Shown: one piece after another, positions 62,972 to 64,000 of the stretch
Numbering within the stretch: position 1 is the stretch's first letter
Layout of the letters: each line of letters begins with the position of its first letter
From: Elusimicrobiota bacterium
GTDB taxonomy: Bacteria; Elusimicrobiota; Elusimicrobia; Elusimicrobiales; UBA9959
Direction of reading: 5' to 3'
NCBI GenBank assembly: GCA_009773155.1
Contig: WOVA01000007.1
Span: 1,108-65,107, forward strand
DNA: 64,000 nt
Translations under genes and position numbers: made by a program
The notes under the pieces: model-generated
The model's database searches: none
What the model was told of the DNA's origin: nothing
Seen by the model: only the letters and a program-made list of their open reading frames with translations

Positions 62972-64000
62972 TTCCCCTCCACGGTATGACGGCCGGAATT
63001 CCTGCCGTAAAATTCGATCACTCCGTCGGCGATCTCGCTGACCAGGCCGCCGTCCTCGCCCTCCACCAGCACACGCAGCAGCGGCTCGGTGCCCGAGTAA
63101 CGGACGAAGATGCGGCCCTCTCCGCCCATGCGGCGTTCCCAGTCCTCTATCATCTCCGGGAAGCCCGGGATGTTCTCCAGCGCCGGTTTGGAGTCAACCT
63201 TGAGCGAGCGGACCTCCTGAGGAAAGCGCTTCCACGAGGAATGGAGGCTTAGCGGTCGTCCGTCGGCCCTGGCGGCCGCCATCGTCTGCAGCGCGGTCAG
63301 GAGCCCGTCCCCTGTAGGGGCGAACTCGCGGAATATGATGTGCCCGCTGGACTCGCCGCCCAGGCTCAGGTCTTCCTTCTCTATGGCCTCGGTCACGTTC
63401 TTGTCGCCGACGGCGACCTGCGTCACTCCGACGTCCATGGAATGCAGGTGCTTGATGAGCCCGCAGTTGGACATCAGGGTCAGGACCACCCTGGAATTCT
63501 TCAGCCGGCCGCCGGCCTTCAGGTGCGGCACGGCTATCGAGATTATGTCGTCGCCGTCGAGCAGGCGGCCTTTCTCATCGGAGAGCATGCAGCGGTCGGC
63601 GTCGCCGTCGAAGCTGACGCCGCACCAGGCGCCCCAGGCGGCGGTCTCCGCGCGCATAGGGCCGGTCTCCAGCGCGCCGCAGCCTATGTTGATATTGGTG
63701 CCGTCGGGACTGGCGCCCATGACCTTTATTTCGGCCCCGAGCCGGCGGAAAACGCTAGGAGCCAGTTCGCTGGCCGCGCCGTTGGCGCAGTCCAGTACCA
63801 CCTTTACACCGTCCAGCCTGAAGCCGGCCGGCAGGGTGGCGAGCAGGTACTCCTCGTAATCGGCCGTGAAATCGGCCCGCCTGACGCCAGGGTCGGCGGC
63901 GGGGGCCGCGAAGCCGGGGGAAGCCAGCAGCTTCTCAACGGCAATTTCGTCGGCGTCGGAAAGCTTGAGCCCGTCCGCGGAGAAGAACTTTATGCCGTTG
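62968..64000 (-). CDS. glmM: Phosphoglucosamine mutase, N-terminal end off-window
   Basis: FDGDADR, GGESSGH, RYSGTEPLLRV. The frame stays open upstream of the listed Met to the window end (...NGIKFFSADGLKLSD...). Confidence 0.9.
   Translation of the reverse strand, partial: NGIKFFSADGLKLSDADEIAVEKLLASPGFAAPAADPGVRRADFTADYEEYLLATLPAGFRLDGVKVVLDCANGAASELAPSVFRRLGAEIKVMGASPDGTNINIGCGALETGPMRAETAAWGAWCGVSFDGDADRCMLSDEKGRLLDGDDIISIAVPHLKAGGRLKNSRVVLTLMSNCGLIKHLHSMDVGVTQVAVGDKNVTEAIEKEDLSLGGESSGHIIFREFAPTGDGLLTALQTMAAARADGRPLSLHSSWKRFPQEVRSLKVDSKPALENIPGFPEMIEDWERRMGGEGRIFVRYSGTEPLLRVLVEGEDGGLVSEIADGVIEFYGRNSGRHTVEGK

Overview
High-GC (by eye above 60% G+C) bacterial chromosomal segment. It looks diderm (Wza-like, LolB-like and TPR envelope genes), but the lineage cannot be named from the sequence alone. 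There are three blocks. (i) 1-14.8 kb holds a giant secreted NHL/FN3/transglutaminase-like/TPR protein (C-terminal end off-window), sdhCAB plus a class I fumarate hydratase, an archease-rtcB pair, a membrane metallophosphoesterase and two secreted hypotheticals. (ii) 14.8-46.8 kb is a ~32-kb surface-glycan locus, almost all on the minus strand. It has many glycosyltransferases, AsnB-GT4 and GT2-methyltransferase fusions, Wzy-like/Wzc/Wza genes and a plus-strand GT-C + GT2 pair. A visibly AT-rich island (about 23.2-33.5 kb) interrupts it, carrying Wzm/Wzt ABC export, three methyltransferases and two orphan AAA ATPases. Its left junction shows a 167-bp direct repeat and gene remnants. A translationally coupled operon of three coiled-coil proteins (1039, 239 and 201 aa) heads the locus. 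(iii) 47.7-64 kb is housekeeping: pth, rplY/ctc, prs, glmU, tRNA-Gln, spoVG, ispE, a TPR-LolB-like protein, rimI, tsaB, tsaE, thiL, nnrD, acpS, glmS, pdxJ and partial glmM. The most unusual signal is a ~50-bp GC-rich repeat family found only inside coding sequences and always in frame: rimI, tsaB (twice, one a nested copy), acpS and the GT-C gene. There are also two related long palindromic MITE-like elements and a 25-nt palindrome present twice. No CRISPR array, rRNA, integrase or transposase was seen. The long antisense ORFs in the supplied track are GC-driven shadow frames.
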